DNA of 64,000 bases from a virus (Duplodnaviria > Caudoviricetes), in the IMG/VR virus record IMGVR_UViG_3300033074_001364, positions 5,465-69,464 of that record; one strand, given 5' to 3'. Shown here piece by piece: positions 45,567 through 56,111 of the stretch. Numbering within the stretch: the first letter of the stretch is position 1; the number at the start of each line of letters is the position of its first letter. A program made the translations under genes and the position numbers. The notes beneath the pieces are model-generated. The model was not told the origin of the DNA, did no database searches, and saw nothing but the letters and a program-made list of their open reading frames with translations.

Positions 45567-46847
45567 CTACGCAGCGGCAGGTAGCGCCTCCGCATCGCTG
45601 GCGCTGCGATTCGCGAGCGCCTCGGTGATGATGGTGTCGAGTTGTTCAGCCTTGGAGGCCCACGAGTGGCGCTGCGCGAACTCGTAGCCGCGCTCCGCAG
45701 TCGCTGCTGCCTCATCCCGATTCAGGTAGACGTGATACAGCTGGCGCGAGAGGTCCTTCCAGTCAGGAAGTGCGAAGTAGGTGAGGCAGCCAGGCTCGCC
45801 TGGGATTAGGTCGAGGACCTTGATGAAGTACCCACGCCCGTTGTCGTGGAGCTCGCGCTGCGGACCAAACTTGGTCGCGATCACTGGCGTCTTGCACGCC
45901 ATCGCTTCCAGCGAGGGAATCCCGAAGCCTTCGCCGCGGGTCGGGTAGGCTAGCACGTCAGCGGCGTTCATAAACACCGCCATCTCCTCTTGAGAGAACT
46001 GGCTCGCGTTGTCCATGATCACGGCATCCTGCACGCCCGTGAGGGATGCGAGGTTACGCAGTTGCCAGCCACCGTTGATGTTGGACGGCATCGCTGATGT
46101 GTGGGGGATCAGGAAGGCGTTGCGTGCTTTCTTCTTGAAGTCCGCGTAGGCGCGGAACAGGGCAGGCAAATCCTTGCGGAACTGATTCGTTGAAACCGAG
46201 TAGACCAAGAACTTGTCCTTGAGCCTCGGTGCCTTGCCAGCGTTGTGGTTGGCGAAGATTTCCTCTAGCCGCTCTTTAGCTTCCTGCTTGTCCATCGGCT
46301 TGTAGAGGTCGAGGTCGACGCCGTGGTACAGGACGTTGGCGTTCGCAGCAAACTCAGGATCGAGATCGGCGAACAGGCCGTGCTGCCAGTGGGTGTAGAA
46401 GATATTGACGTCGTACTTGCGGGCAGCATCGAGGAAGGTCGGCGGACACGGCTGAGAGTCGAGCGGCGCGTACAGAACCTTCATCGCCTTCGATTGCGCG
46501 AAGGCAGAAGGTGAGCCGTCATCATTGACGGTGTACTGGTGGGCAATGGGGTAGTCATTTAGGACCATCGCCACGTCCCATTCGCGGGACTGGATCCACT
46601 CGTTCAGGCGGATGCGGCCCCAAGCATCGTATGCCTCCCAACGCCCGTTCGCTGCGGGTCGCCACCAGCCCGCAGCGATCTTTTCGTACGGGGTATCTGC
46701 TGGACCCATATCGAGGAAGTTGATTGCGACATGCGTGATGTCGTAACGCCCGGTGTTGTGTAGGCCAGTGAGTAGGCCATTGGAAACCTGAGAGAAGCCC
46801 GTGTGGGCTGCGCCGTCGCCGGCGAAGATGAGCTTGATCCGAGACAA
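45567..46847 (-). CDS. Glycosyltransferase family 4 in head-tail module
   Basis: NQFRKDLP, ADVLAYPTRGEGFGIPSLEAMACKTPVI. Confidence 0.9.
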   Translation of the reverse strand: MSRIKLIFAGDGAAHTGFSQVSNGLLTGLHNTGRYDITHVAINFLDMGPADTPYEKIAAGWWRPAANGRWEAYDAWGRIRLNEWIQSREWDVAMVLNDYPIAHQYTVNDDGSPSAFAQSKAMKVLYAPLDSQPCPPTFLDAARKYDVNIFYTHWQHGLFADLDPEFAANANVLYHGVDLDLYKPMDKQEAKERLEEIFANHNAGKAPRLKDKFLVYSVSTNQFRKDLPALFRAYADFKKKARNAFLIPHTSAMPSNINGGWQLRNLASLTGVQDAVIMDNASQFSQEEMAVFMNAADVLAYPTRGEGFGIPSLEAMACKTPVIATKFGPQRELHDNGRGYFIKVLDLIPGEPGCLTYFALPDWKDLSRQLYHVYLNRDEAAATAERGYEFAQRHSWASKAEQLDTIITEALANRSASDAEALPAAA

Positions 46848-46928
46848 GCGATGTTCCTTCCGTGTATGCTGCGCTCGCATTGGGATTCCCGTCCTATGCT
46901 GAGGACCGGCCCTCACGGGTCGGTCCTC

Positions 46929-47675
46929 TTACGTTGTTGGGCGATACCAGTACGCGTGATCGTCAGCGACGCGAGCGTCACCTTCGACTCGATCTGCGTT
47001 GAAGCGGTTGAAGACCCCACCGTCCAGCATCGCTGAGGCGTTCAGCGACTCCATGTAGGCATCGAGGCGCGCCCACTCTTGCGCGTAGATGGTGTTGGGG
47101 TTGTAGGAGATTTCCTCGTCACGCCACGAGCCGCCTCGCCCCGCCCACCACGACGTACGCGCCATGAGCGACGCGACGCTCGCGTAGAACTCGATCTCGT
47201 TCGCGCTCGGCGCTGGCGTCAGCGTGCCGAGCAGTGACGTGTGCGTGGTCAGGCCGTAACGTCGCGACAGAAATGCGACCGCATCGTCGACCCACTGGCG
47301 GGCCATCGAGTCGGTCACGAGGTCTTCGTGGGCAGCTGACTCAGCGACCTTTCGCTGCCAGGCGCGCGCTACAGGTGAGCCATCCAAGGGGAGGACGTCA
47401 GCGTAGACGGGGATGGTCTGCTGGTTGCCTGACTCCACCAGGACGGTGAAGAAGACAGCCAGATGCGCCGGCTCCGCAGTGATGGGGGAGCCGGAAGGAA
47501 TGATGTAGTAGGCACTGCCTGATGCAACAGACGCAGACGTGCTTGGTAGCACTGTCGTGCTGTTGTTCAGAACAGTGATGGTTGCCGAGAGGGGGAGCTT
47601 CGGGGTAAACCCGTCTGGCTCGTAGATGTCTACGGACAGTTGAGCACCGAAGTCACCCTCGTAGAAGGTGCTCAC
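46929..47675 (-). CDS. Head-tail adaptor with N-terminal Ig/BppU-like domain
   Basis: YEGDFGAQL N-terminus; position after capsid. Confidence 0.55.
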   Translation of the reverse strand: MSTFYEGDFGAQLSVDIYEPDGFTPKLPLSATITVLNNSTTVLPSTSASVASGSAYYIIPSGSPITAEPAHLAVFFTVLVESGNQQTIPVYADVLPLDGSPVARAWQRKVAESAAHEDLVTDSMARQWVDDAVAFLSRRYGLTTHTSLLGTLTPAPSANEIEFYASVASLMARTSWWAGRGGSWRDEEISYNPNTIYAQEWARLDAYMESLNASAMLDGGVFNRFNADRVEGDARVADDHAYWYRPTT

Positions 47676-47701
47676 GGGCGTGCTCCTAGCAGAAACAGAA
47701 A

Positions 47702-47749
47702 GAAGGGGCCTAGCCCCGCACTCATTGCGAGGCGGAGCCAGGCCCCTTT
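47702..47749 (-). terminator. Terminator after capsid genes
   Basis: aaggggcct/aggcccctt stem plus a T-rich tail on the minus strand. Confidence 0.7.
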
Positions 47750-47763
47750 GGGTCTAGCTCGTG

Positions 47764-47994
47764 CTAGGAGGTCAGGAGGATCCCTGCGTCTTCAAGAGCA
47801 TGGATCACAGCGTTCAGCTTGGAAGCCGTGGCCGTCATGGCACCGCTCACGTTGGTGAACTGATCAGCGATAGTATCGTTGCTACCGCTGATCTCGAACG
47901 TCGTGGCAGCATCAGCAATGTGAGGCTGACCAGCGTCAATGACGCCTGCCTCACTGATGAGGCCCTGCCGTCGGTAGTACTCGAAGTCAGGCAT
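47764..47994 (-). CDS. Small head protein (head fiber-like)
   Basis: TASKLNAVIHALEDAGIL end; directly after the major capsid gene. Confidence 0.6.
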   Translation of the reverse strand: MPDFEYYRRQGLISEAGVIDAGQPHIADAATTFEISGSNDTIADQFTNVSGAMTATASKLNAVIHALEDAGILLTS

Positions 47995-48005
47995 AGGTGA
48001 CTCCT

Positions 48006-49052
48006 CTACCCGACGGTCGCGGTGATGATCCAGTCAGGATGGAAGATTCGTGGGATGCCCACGATTCCAGCCCGGAGGTACTCACGCGTTGGGTCAGGCT
48101 GCGTCCACGTCTCAGCGAAGAAGCGGTCCACAACGCTGCCGTCAGCAAGCGCCGAAGGAGCGATCGCGAAGTCCGCGAACGGCTCGCCACCATCGTTAGC
48201 ACCGACTGCGAAGATAACCTTGTTATCTGGCAGGTAGTACTTGAAGGTGCCGCCCCAGTTCACGTCCTCCTTGTAGCCCTCGTCGTAGTCAACGACACGG
48301 ACGTTGGCAACAACATCGGTTGCGAACTGATCCTTGACGACATCACCGTTGTTGGTGCTGACGCTGCGGAACTCGGAACGCAGAATCTCGCTGCGGTCCA
48401 TGAGCTCGTGGGTGTTGGTGTTCATCCACGCCTGCGTGATGCGACGACCAGTGGCCTCGCGCTCCTGCTTCTTGGCCCGACGGAACTCAATCCGAGGGTC
48501 AGAAGAAGAAGTGACGGTCCACAGGACGTTGGCGTTCCAACGCTGTGCTGCGGGGATCTTGAAGTCGTGGAAGTAGACAAGCGTCTCGCCGTCAACCGTC
48601 AGCGTCTCGTTGATCGAGCCTGACAGCATGGCGTCGAAGCGCATCTTCTCCATGCGCGACTCGGTATCCGCACGCATTCGCGCGAGGTCACGAGTCACCT
48701 GGGTCCGGCCAGCACTCTGCTCGCGGGTACCAGGCTGGCGCAGGAACAGGATCGTGCCTTCGTCCAGATAAGACTTCTGGCGAATGTCCACGGCCTCGGT
48801 GCGGTGCCGGTCAATGCCCGGTCGCTTGACGAGCGGTGAAGCTGCGTCCATGGCGACGATCGGAGCAATGTTGCGCCCACCGTAGGTTGCCTCCCACTCG
48901 ACAATGCGAGTCGGCACGTTCTGATCAGGGATCAGTTGGTTGCCCATGAGGGCACCCTGTACCGGGAGGTTGTTGATGAGATCAGTTAGAACGACATTCT
49001 GAAGGAAGGGAATATCGTGATAGTCAGACGCGGCGTGCATCGGACGAGACAT
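48006..49052 (-). CDS. Major capsid protein
   Basis: 348 aa; follows decoration and protease genes; IAPIV..DAASP...TESRMEKMR. Confidence 0.85.
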   Translation of the reverse strand: MSRPMHAASDYHDIPFLQNVVLTDLINNLPVQGALMGNQLIPDQNVPTRIVEWEATYGGRNIAPIVAMDAASPLVKRPGIDRHRTEAVDIRQKSYLDEGTILFLRQPGTREQSAGRTQVTRDLARMRADTESRMEKMRFDAMLSGSINETLTVDGETLVYFHDFKIPAAQRWNANVLWTVTSSSDPRIEFRRAKKQEREATGRRITQAWMNTNTHELMDRSEILRSEFRSVSTNNGDVVKDQFATDVVANVRVVDYDEGYKEDVNWGGTFKYYLPDNKVIFAVGANDGGEPFADFAIAPSALADGSVVDRFFAETWTQPDPTREYLRAGIVGIPRIFHPDWIITATVG

Positions 49053-49066
49053 GTCTACTCCTTTCC

Positions 49067-49432
49067 TTAGACGAACTGGATGCCGGTAAGCGCGGCCTTG
49101 GCGGCTGCGACGCCACCAGCTACCGTGCCGACCGAGTTTGCAGACAGCGCGTCCTCGCGGACCACACCGTGAACAAACATGGCTACGATCTTGTCGCCGA
49201 GGCTGGTGTCAGCACGATGGAACAAGATGCCGGCTGCCGCTGCGCCAGAACCGCTTAGAACAGGCTGGTAGCGCGTGCCGGTCTTTTGCAGGATCGTGCC
49301 TTGCGGCAGAACAGTGCTGCCGTTGAGCTGCGTACCTGACTTTAGGGTGACGGAACGGTTAGCGTCGATCCCGTGATCTACGACGAAGAACGGGAGCTCT
49401 GGATAACCGCTGCCGACGAGAGTTTGGCTCAT
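49067..49432 (-). CDS. Head decoration protein
   Basis: VLPQGTIL...AAGIL...VHGVVRE. Confidence 0.75.
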   Translation of the reverse strand: MSQTLVGSGYPELPFFVVDHGIDANRSVTLKSGTQLNGSTVLPQGTILQKTGTRYQPVLSGSGAAAAGILFHRADTSLGDKIVAMFVHGVVREDALSANSVGTVAGGVAAAKAALTGIQFV

Positions 49433-50575
49433 CTATTCAGCCTTTGCGGTGGCAGCGTATCCGGCGCCGGCCAGTGCTTCCTTGACTAGCTTCGACCGCT
49501 CGTCTGCACTGAGTTCACCCTCGGTGTCCTCATGCTCCTCGGCGTCGGTAGCAATACCGCCCTTGATCTCGGCGGCTGCTGCGAGCTCGGCCTTCAGGCC
49601 AGCGAATGCAGCGTCATCCAGCGTTGCGACCAGGGCCTGGCGACCTGCGCGATTCTTCTCGTCGGTCGGCAGGATGGCGTCGAGCTCATCCATGCGCGAC
49701 GCGACAAGCGCCTTCGCAGCGTCGTCGGCTTCGCGATCGGCGAGCGCCTTCTCGGCGGCCTCCGCGCGAGCGTTCGCAGCGTCGATGGCGGGCTGTAGTT
49801 CGGCGAGAAGTTCCTCGCGGAGTGACGCCCGCATCTCGTCAGTGAGTTCAGCCAAAGTGGCTTCTCCTTCTAGAGATTCTTGAGCGTCTTGGTCCTCTGA
49901 CGCTTGGACTTCCTCGGACTCTGCGGGCGTCGCATCATCCGTCTGTGTTCTCGTGGCCGCATCTACGTTGTCGGAGCGGTGTCCGAGACGGCGGGCGACA
50001 ATTTCTGTGATCTGGTCGAGATTCATTGATACCTCTACGGGGCGACGCTCCAAGTCCTCTTGCGTGGCCGCCATCAAAGCGGTGTAGGCACGAGGGTCCG
50101 CGCCCGTCTTCACGATGCCGAGCCCGCTGAAGCGCCCTTCGGTCGGAGTGACCGATCCGTCGGCATTGCTCTGAAGCTCCGCTGTTGGAACGAATTCCAT
50201 GGAGACAGGGAGCCCACGCTCAGAGAACAGGCTCTTGAGGCTCTCAGCGACCGATGGGAAGTAGTGACGCCACACGCTTCCAGTCGCCTTGACCGTCTGC
50301 GTCGTCTCATCGAATTCGCTCGACGTGATGGCTCCCACAGCGTGCCGCGAGTGGCCGGTTGGCTCGCCTTCCTCGTCAAGATCGACGTTGATCGGCATCC
50401 CCACCATCGTCGGCGCGAAACGACGCAACTTGTCCGCAGTCCAGGTCACGACCTGCCCGGTGGACAGGCGATTCGTGCGACCGACACCAGCGACATGCGC
50501 CAAGATGTTCGTCTCGACAGGATCATCCGGATCCAGCAGTGACGCTTCGATTGGCTCGATTTCGAGGGGTAGCAC
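49433..50575 (-). CDS. Prohead protease/scaffold
   Basis: GHS...G...VSME...FSGLGIV protease-like domain and acidic helical tail. Confidence 0.75.
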   Translation of the reverse strand: MLPLEIEPIEASLLDPDDPVETNILAHVAGVGRTNRLSTGQVVTWTADKLRRFAPTMVGMPINVDLDEEGEPTGHSRHAVGAITSSEFDETTQTVKATGSVWRHYFPSVAESLKSLFSERGLPVSMEFVPTAELQSNADGSVTPTEGRFSGLGIVKTGADPRAYTALMAATQEDLERRPVEVSMNLDQITEIVARRLGHRSDNVDAATRTQTDDATPAESEEVQASEDQDAQESLEGEATLAELTDEMRASLREELLAELQPAIDAANARAEAAEKALADREADDAAKALVASRMDELDAILPTDEKNRAGRQALVATLDDAAFAGLKAELAAAAEIKGGIATDAEEHEDTEGELSADERSKLVKEALAGAGYAATAKAE

Positions 50576-52287
50576 TAGGTTCGTGTCTCCGACTGGGCGG
50601 ACGTCGATGGGCGGTTCTCAGCAGCACCGCCACGAGGCTTCCCTTGGCTGTCAGGCGTACGCCCGTCGCCGGGAACGCCGGTCGTCTGGCTGAATGACGG
50701 TCTGATCTCCAGCACGTCCTCGATGCCCTCGGCGGCCTCGCGCTTGCGTCGAGCGACTTCGCGCTCGACCGTGGTGCCCACGCTGTCGAGGAGGGTTTCC
50801 TCTGACAGGGAGCCGCGGTCGTAGACGGCGAGGACGTGACTGCGAAGGGTGTCGCTGTTGGCGAGATCGACTCGTGGGATCAGGATGGTCGGGGTGAACT
50901 CCGTCCAGCCGTTCTTCTCGGCGATCTTGCGCAGCCAGTAGTTGACGAGCGCCTCGATCGGGTCACGAATCTCGTTGATGCGCGCCGCGTTCGTTGCGAG
51001 ATCGAGCGGGCCGCTGTCGAGGTCGCCAGCGCCACGAGATGCGCTGTTGAGCGGGTACCCGAAGTGGTTGAGGATTTCGCTGACGGGAACCCAGAACTTG
51101 TCCTTCGAGTTGAGCAGGTCGCTCGGCGGGGTAAGGATTTGCACCTTGACCTGTGCCGGGATCGAAAGACCCTGAACGCGACCGCCCGCCATCGAGTTGC
51201 GGACGATGCTCTGGCCCTTGGTAGGATCGCTACCCTCGGGGAACGAGAACACGATCAGCATGTTGATCATGCCGTCAGCGACAGCCCAGTCGGCCAACTG
51301 CAACTTTCGCTTCATCGCTAGCGCCGAGAAGATCGGTACTAGGCTAGGCAGCGGGTAGTCGCAGTCCTCGTCTTCTTCCTTGAAGCGGATGACGTAGACG
51401 AGCTCAGGCGGCAACTGGATGAAGGGACCGTTGAAGAACTTGCGGTCGTAGCCCTTCTTGTTGCGATACGACTTCAGGAGGTCATCGGGCAGTGCGTCAA
51501 CGATGTTGCGACCGAGGTCGGGGATCATCTGACGCCAGGCGATGTCCTTACGGCGGCTGGCGCGCAACTTGTCGGCCAGTTGCGGCGTGATCTTGTAGTA
51601 GTAGACGGTGTGCCCGGCGATGGGATCGCGGTAAGGCACCAAGAAGGCCGGGTCGAGGTTCTGGATGACCTTCGGCACTTGGTAGAACTTGCCGTCTACC
51701 TCCATCGTTCCCCAGTTGGCGATCGACACCACTAGGGAAGACAGGATCATCCGACGAGCAGTACGTCGGTTGTAGCCGTGCAGTCCGTCGTGCTGCTGGA
51801 TGCCCTCGTTGAGTTCGGTGCGCCACTTGTCGAGGACCGCCTTGGCTTCTGGGGCTTTCGGCTTCTCCTCATCCATCTGGAATTCAACGCGCTTAATGGC
51901 CTGCGCGATGTCGCGATCAACCAGCGAGTTGACCAGTGGTTCCTGCGTGTAGTACTCCTGCGACCACTGGAGGCGGGTGTAATACGACGACGGGACGGTG
52001 AGCTTCGGAGACAACCATCGGTCGTCAGCAACGGAGGGCTGGACGACCATGCCCTCGACGTAATTGACCGTGGCTTCCATCGCCTTAGAGGCGGCTTGGA
52101 ACTCCCTGTTATCATCCTTGACCGGCACACCTTGCGCCGCGAACGCAGCCACCTGCTCAGGGGTGACGCGTGCGTAGATGTCGAAGCCGCCATCGGTGCG
52201 AGGGACGGTGTAGAGGTCAGAGTCGGGAGTCGCCTCAGCGACCGCTTCGAGTGTCTCAGGTTGTGGCTTACGGGTTGCTCTCGGCAT
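50575..52287 (-). CDS. Portal protein
   Basis: ~570 aa between terminase and protease; YPLPSL segment. Confidence 0.75.
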   Translation of the reverse strand: MPRATRKPQPETLEAVAEATPDSDLYTVPRTDGGFDIYARVTPEQVAAFAAQGVPVKDDNREFQAASKAMEATVNYVEGMVVQPSVADDRWLSPKLTVPSSYYTRLQWSQEYYTQEPLVNSLVDRDIAQAIKRVEFQMDEEKPKAPEAKAVLDKWRTELNEGIQQHDGLHGYNRRTARRMILSSLVVSIANWGTMEVDGKFYQVPKVIQNLDPAFLVPYRDPIAGHTVYYYKITPQLADKLRASRRKDIAWRQMIPDLGRNIVDALPDDLLKSYRNKKGYDRKFFNGPFIQLPPELVYVIRFKEEDEDCDYPLPSLVPIFSALAMKRKLQLADWAVADGMINMLIVFSFPEGSDPTKGQSIVRNSMAGGRVQGLSIPAQVKVQILTPPSDLLNSKDKFWVPVSEILNHFGYPLNSASRGAGDLDSGPLDLATNAARINEIRDPIEALVNYWLRKIAEKNGWTEFTPTILIPRVDLANSDTLRSHVLAVYDRGSLSEETLLDSVGTTVEREVARRKREAAEGIEDVLEIRPSFSQTTGVPGDGRTPDSQGKPRGGAAENRPSTSAQSETRT

Positions 52288-52555
52288 CCGGCTCCTGGTC
52301 AAGAACCGGAGTCAGGCCCTCCGCACCGCATGTGGTGCAGGCACCGTCTGCGAGGGTATGCCGGTCCGGCGCGCACGGCTCAACGAACCGTCTTTCTGGT
52401 GCCCGCTTTCGCTTGCGAGCGTTCTTCTCGCGCCGCATCTGAATAAGATCAGCGGCGATGTTATACAACGTGATGGCAACTGCTACGCCCCACAGCAGCG
52501 CGCCTGCGAACAGGGCGGACCGCTCGTTCGGTGCGAGCCCGTCAATGGCATCCAT
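52268..52555 (-). CDS. Small membrane protein with Zn-finger-like tail
   Basis: One TM helix; C...H...CTTC. Confidence 0.55.
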   Translation of the reverse strand: MDAIDGLAPNERSALFAGALLWGVAVAITLYNIAADLIQMRREKNARKRKRAPERRFVEPCAPDRHTLADGACTTCGAEGLTPVLDQEPDAESNP

Positions 52556-52867
52556 TTAGCGATGCCACTTCTCAAGCACATGCGATGGCACTCGAATGAC
52601 ACCGATGTCGGTGCGGTAGAGCCAAGCGTCGTTGTGTTCGTCAACGTGCTTGAGCGTGGCCCGGAAGCCAGGTGGGAGAACGTCAGGAGCGTCGTGACGG
52701 GCTTTGAACTCGACGTCGACCCAGCCAGAAGTGCAGACGCTCGACCAGTAGGTGTGTTCTTGTGTGACGCCCCAGGGAGAGCTCACGGCTTTGGTACGAG
52801 TCCGAGGGCGAGGCCAGCAAGAGCGAGGATCCCCGGCAGGCCCAGCATTCCGGCAATCCACTTCCAC
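52556..52867 (-). CDS. Hypothetical protein (true start likely internal)
   Basis: Track ORF abutting the downstream gene. Confidence 0.4.
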   Translation of the reverse strand: MEVDCRNAGPAGDPRSCWPRPRTRTKAVSSPWGVTQEHTYWSSVCTSGWVDVEFKARHDAPDVLPPGFRATLKHVDEHNDAWLYRTDIGVIRVPSHVLEKWHR

Positions 52868-53103
52868 GTATTGAGGCTGCCCTGCATGTAGGAGCGGGCC
52901 TGTTGTTCCCCTGCGACCTGCTTGGTCAGGACCGCAATGGCATCGTCGTGGCCGTCGAGGCGTCGGTTAGGTTCCCTCATGGCATCATCCAGGCTTTTCT
53001 CAAGCCGATCTGCGAGGGCGTCGAGTTGCCCTTGAAACCAGATGGCGAGTTCAGGGATGCGGGTGGGTGAGCCGTTGCCATTAGATGTGGACATTTCGCT
53101 CAC
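52783..53103 (-). CDS. Coiled-coil plus C-terminal TM protein (XhlA/holin-like architecture)
   Basis: Heptad region then WKWIAGMLGLPGILALAGLALG. Confidence 0.6.
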   Translation of the reverse strand: MSEMSTSNGNGSPTRIPELAIWFQGQLDALADRLEKSLDDAMREPNRRLDGHDDAIAVLTKQVAGEQQARSYMQGSLNTWKWIAGMLGLPGILALAGLALGLVPKP

Positions 53104-53239
53104 AGGCTCCCCCAGATGATTAGCGTTGCGTTGATGGAGGCGGTGGCCGGTTAGGCCACGTTTCCCACTCTCGTACCGAAGCGCCGCGTTCGGGTGCGTC
53201 GCGGCGCTTCACGAGGCGGGGCGAACAGCGCCCCCAGGC

Positions 53240-53644
53240 TTAGTTGACGGTGTTGTTGGCCGTCACTGTGTTCGAAAACGAAATGGACTGATTATCGGGG
53301 GTGATCCACCAAGAGTTCGTCGGCGTCCAATCGAACAGGGAGGGAAGCACTGGAGATGGCTCCGGCTCCTTGTCCTCGCTGAACAGTGATCGCGCCTCAA
53401 TGCCCTCAACGCACGCAGGGCAGAACTCCGCCTCGAAGCGTACTTCGTTGTCAGTAACCGTCATGTGGATCATGCTCGCGACGAACGCGAACAGATGGCA
53501 CGCGTAGCAACGGGTGACAGCTGGGTCTTCGTCGCAGGTGCATTCCTCGTTAACATCCACTTCTGCGAACGTCCACTCAGTCTCAGGCTGGTCAATCTCT
53601 GGCGACACCGTAATGTTCAGGGCGTCGAGGGGATCGGTGTTCAA
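53240..53644 (-). CDS. Hypothetical protein
   Basis: TTG after AAGGA; Cys motifs. Confidence 0.55.
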   Translation of the reverse strand: MNTDPLDALNITVSPEIDQPETEWTFAEVDVNEECTCDEDPAVTRCYACHLFAFVASMIHMTVTDNEVRFEAEFCPACVEGIEARSLFSEDKEPEPSPVLPSLFDWTPTNSWWITPDNQSISFSNTVTANNTVN

Positions 53645-53657
53645 CGAGGTTTCCTTC

Positions 53658-54014
53658 CTAGTGAAGTCTCATGCCTTCGTCGGCGATTTCTTTGGCGAGG
53701 GCGTAGTCGAGGTTCCATTCGCGCTTACCAGCACGCATCGCTTCGGCTGCTTCGGCCCATTCCGCATCTGTGAAGATGCGGCGTTCCGACTTAGCAACAT
53801 GGCGAGTAACGTTGCTGGTCTTGCGGTGAGGACGACGCCAGCCGGTTGCGTGGCGGTAGTCGTCGTCAGGGGTGCTGATGGGGTGCGCGTCAGCTAGGTC
53901 TTTGAATCGGTCGGGATCGAGGCGGCGCGCGGCGCGGAAGACTTCCTCAGCCGTCTTGCAGTCCTTGAGTTGTTCTTGCAGCGACTTAGGCGTCGGGGCT
54001 TGAGGCATAGTCAT
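53658..54014 (-). CDS. Hypothetical protein
   Basis: ORF in operon. Confidence 0.55.
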   Translation of the reverse strand: MTMPQAPTPKSLQEQLKDCKTAEEVFRAARRLDPDRFKDLADAHPISTPDDDYRHATGWRRPHRKTSNVTRHVAKSERRIFTDAEWAEAAEAMRAGKREWNLDYALAKEIADEGMRLH

Positions 54015-54052
54015 ACTTGCTCATGTAAATATCGCCCCTGCCCTCGATGCAT

Positions 54053-54445
54053 TTACGCAGCGACCGCTTCAGTACCGCTCGCGTTGCGCTTTTCGGCGCG
54101 CGAAACGCGACTTCCGCGCGCAACGCTGTGCCAATAGGCAGCCTTCTCCTGCGATGCGTCCAGCATCCACGCGGCAACCTCACGCTTGCCCTTGTCATCG
54201 AAGGTGGCTTCTATGTATTGATCGAGATCGACGACGTCGCAATGCGCGGCGCCGCCGATGGCGAACGCACCGTGCTCCTCGCTGTCGTAAGCGCGCCCTG
54301 GCACCTCCAGCCGAGAACGCACATACAAGTAGCTAGAGATCACATACTTCCAATAGGCGGGCGTGCGATCCAGCGGTGAGACCACCGCAGCCTCGATGGC
54401 CTGCCAGTTGCGGTACGAGATTTTGTCCTCAATTGAAGGCATCAA
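54053..54445 (-). CDS. Hypothetical protein
   Basis: ORF overlapping the terminase end. Confidence 0.55.
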   Translation of the reverse strand: MMPSIEDKISYRNWQAIEAAVVSPLDRTPAYWKYVISSYLYVRSRLEVPGRAYDSEEHGAFAIGGAAHCDVVDLDQYIEATFDDKGKREVAAWMLDASQEKAAYWHSVARGSRVSRAEKRNASGTEAVAA

Positions 54446-56111
54446 CGACTCCCCATCCGATGTCTATGACCTGCACCCAGGATTCGGGTGTCTTAGGCTT
54501 CTCCTGCGTGACGTCCAGGGTGTGCAGCATGACCCCGAACACCTCATACGAGCTCGCGTCGTGGTTATAGGCGAGCCCGTCTTTGTGGTAGTCGGTGACA
54601 TAGATGCGGTCTGTTCCAGCCTTATTCTCGTAGTCGGTCATGCCTTCAAGCTGCTTCACCAATTCCAACTCGTTGACCAAGCGCAGACGACCGGCATATA
54701 ACTCACGAGCCAGCCGCGGGTATCCAATCTGCTTGGCACGCTCGTAGATCGGCACCAAGATCTTCTCAGCCGGCGAGAACGGATCTCTGTTGAATCGCTT
54801 GCGGAACTCGTCGTCAGTCTCAAGACGCGTGTCGTGCGTGTCGATGGCCTCGCGCAGATCAACGCGGACTAGCGGATGCCCCATGCGTTGGAGGTCAGCC
54901 ATAACAGCTGACCCACCTTGGCCGGTGGTGTCCATGCCGATAACTGGCTTAACACCGGAGAGCTTCTCAATCTGGTCGGCCAACCAATGGATGATTTCAG
55001 CCTGCGTGTTCGCCTCCATGCCGAACAGCAACACACGGTGGTACGTACGCCAGCAATTCGCGGTGATATCCCAGAAGTGGATGTAGAGCGTGGTGGGCGA
55101 GGCTGATTGTCCGTGGTCGGCTGCGAACCACACTTGGTTCGTCTTTGGCATGTCGCCACGGAACGCGAATCGCAATGCGAGTACATCGAGGCGTGGGGTG
55201 CCATCAGGATTCACCACATCGCGAGCGGCAAGTTCTAGGGAGTGGTAGAACGGCGGGGAGACGCGGGTACTGGATCCTTCACGAACGGGGAGGTCCATCG
55301 TCACGCGATCCATGTCGAAGGTCATGCGGGCGTCGGCGCCCCATTCACCCATGACCTTGTTCAGGTAGCCAGATGAAGTTGGACCGCCATAGAATTCCAG
55401 CAACTCGCGGTTCATTTCTGGCGTGAAGCGCGGGTCGTCGTGGCGAGTCATCTTCGATCCCACGTATCCGTAGGAAGCGTCATTGTCGATCTTGTAAGCC
55501 CAGGACGAGCGGACGCCGTTGGGAACACCTGTGGCAATGATGGGCAGCTCGGGGGATACCATTCCGTACCACTCCGAGATCGCTTCATCGCTGAGCATCT
55601 GGACTTCATCAATCCAGCAAATGACATCTGGATGGACCGTGTTCAGCCCAGACCCACCTGAGCCCTCGATGCGCCCACGGATCGTCACACCATTGACGAG
55701 GCGAATCTCGAACGTCTTGAAGTTGACGCCCTTCTCGGGGTTCGGCAGGAACATGCGCAGCAACGGCACGCGCTTGAACATCTCGACCAGCTCGCGCCGG
55801 AACACCGGCTCCAGGTTGGCCTCTTGTTTGGTGGCGAATAGAGCGACGCCAACCGGGTTGCGCCATAGAACGCAGGCTTGCTTGAACTCATCGCTGGCAC
55901 AGATCGTCTTCCCCAGGTATCTCCCATTAACCTTCTTCTTGCGAAGCGACGACCGATTGAGCTCAACAATCTGCTTATTCCACAGACGGAAGCCCTCGCC
56001 CTCGATATTGGGGCGGATGAACTCGCTGAATGTGCTGCGCGTGTAGATGACGCGCCAGAAGGCGAGTTGCTGAGGTGTGAGTTGCGTTGTGTTGGGCTTG
56101 AGGTCGGGCAT
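54429..56111 (-). CDS. Terminase large subunit
   Basis: GRYLGKT Walker A, WIDEVQ Walker B, ATGVPNG, AADHG...GMDTTGQG nuclease. Confidence 0.9.
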   Translation of the reverse strand: MPDLKPNTTQLTPQQLAFWRVIYTRSTFSEFIRPNIEGEGFRLWNKQIVELNRSSLRKKKVNGRYLGKTICASDEFKQACVLWRNPVGVALFATKQEANLEPVFRRELVEMFKRVPLLRMFLPNPEKGVNFKTFEIRLVNGVTIRGRIEGSGGSGLNTVHPDVICWIDEVQMLSDEAISEWYGMVSPELPIIATGVPNGVRSSWAYKIDNDASYGYVGSKMTRHDDPRFTPEMNRELLEFYGGPTSSGYLNKVMGEWGADARMTFDMDRVTMDLPVREGSSTRVSPPFYHSLELAARDVVNPDGTPRLDVLALRFAFRGDMPKTNQVWFAADHGQSASPTTLYIHFWDITANCWRTYHRVLLFGMEANTQAEIIHWLADQIEKLSGVKPVIGMDTTGQGGSAVMADLQRMGHPLVRVDLREAIDTHDTRLETDDEFRKRFNRDPFSPAEKILVPIYERAKQIGYPRLARELYAGRLRLVNELELVKQLEGMTDYENKAGTDRIYVTDYHKDGLAYNHDASSYEVFGVMLHTLDVTQEKPKTPESWVQVIDIGWGVVDAFN

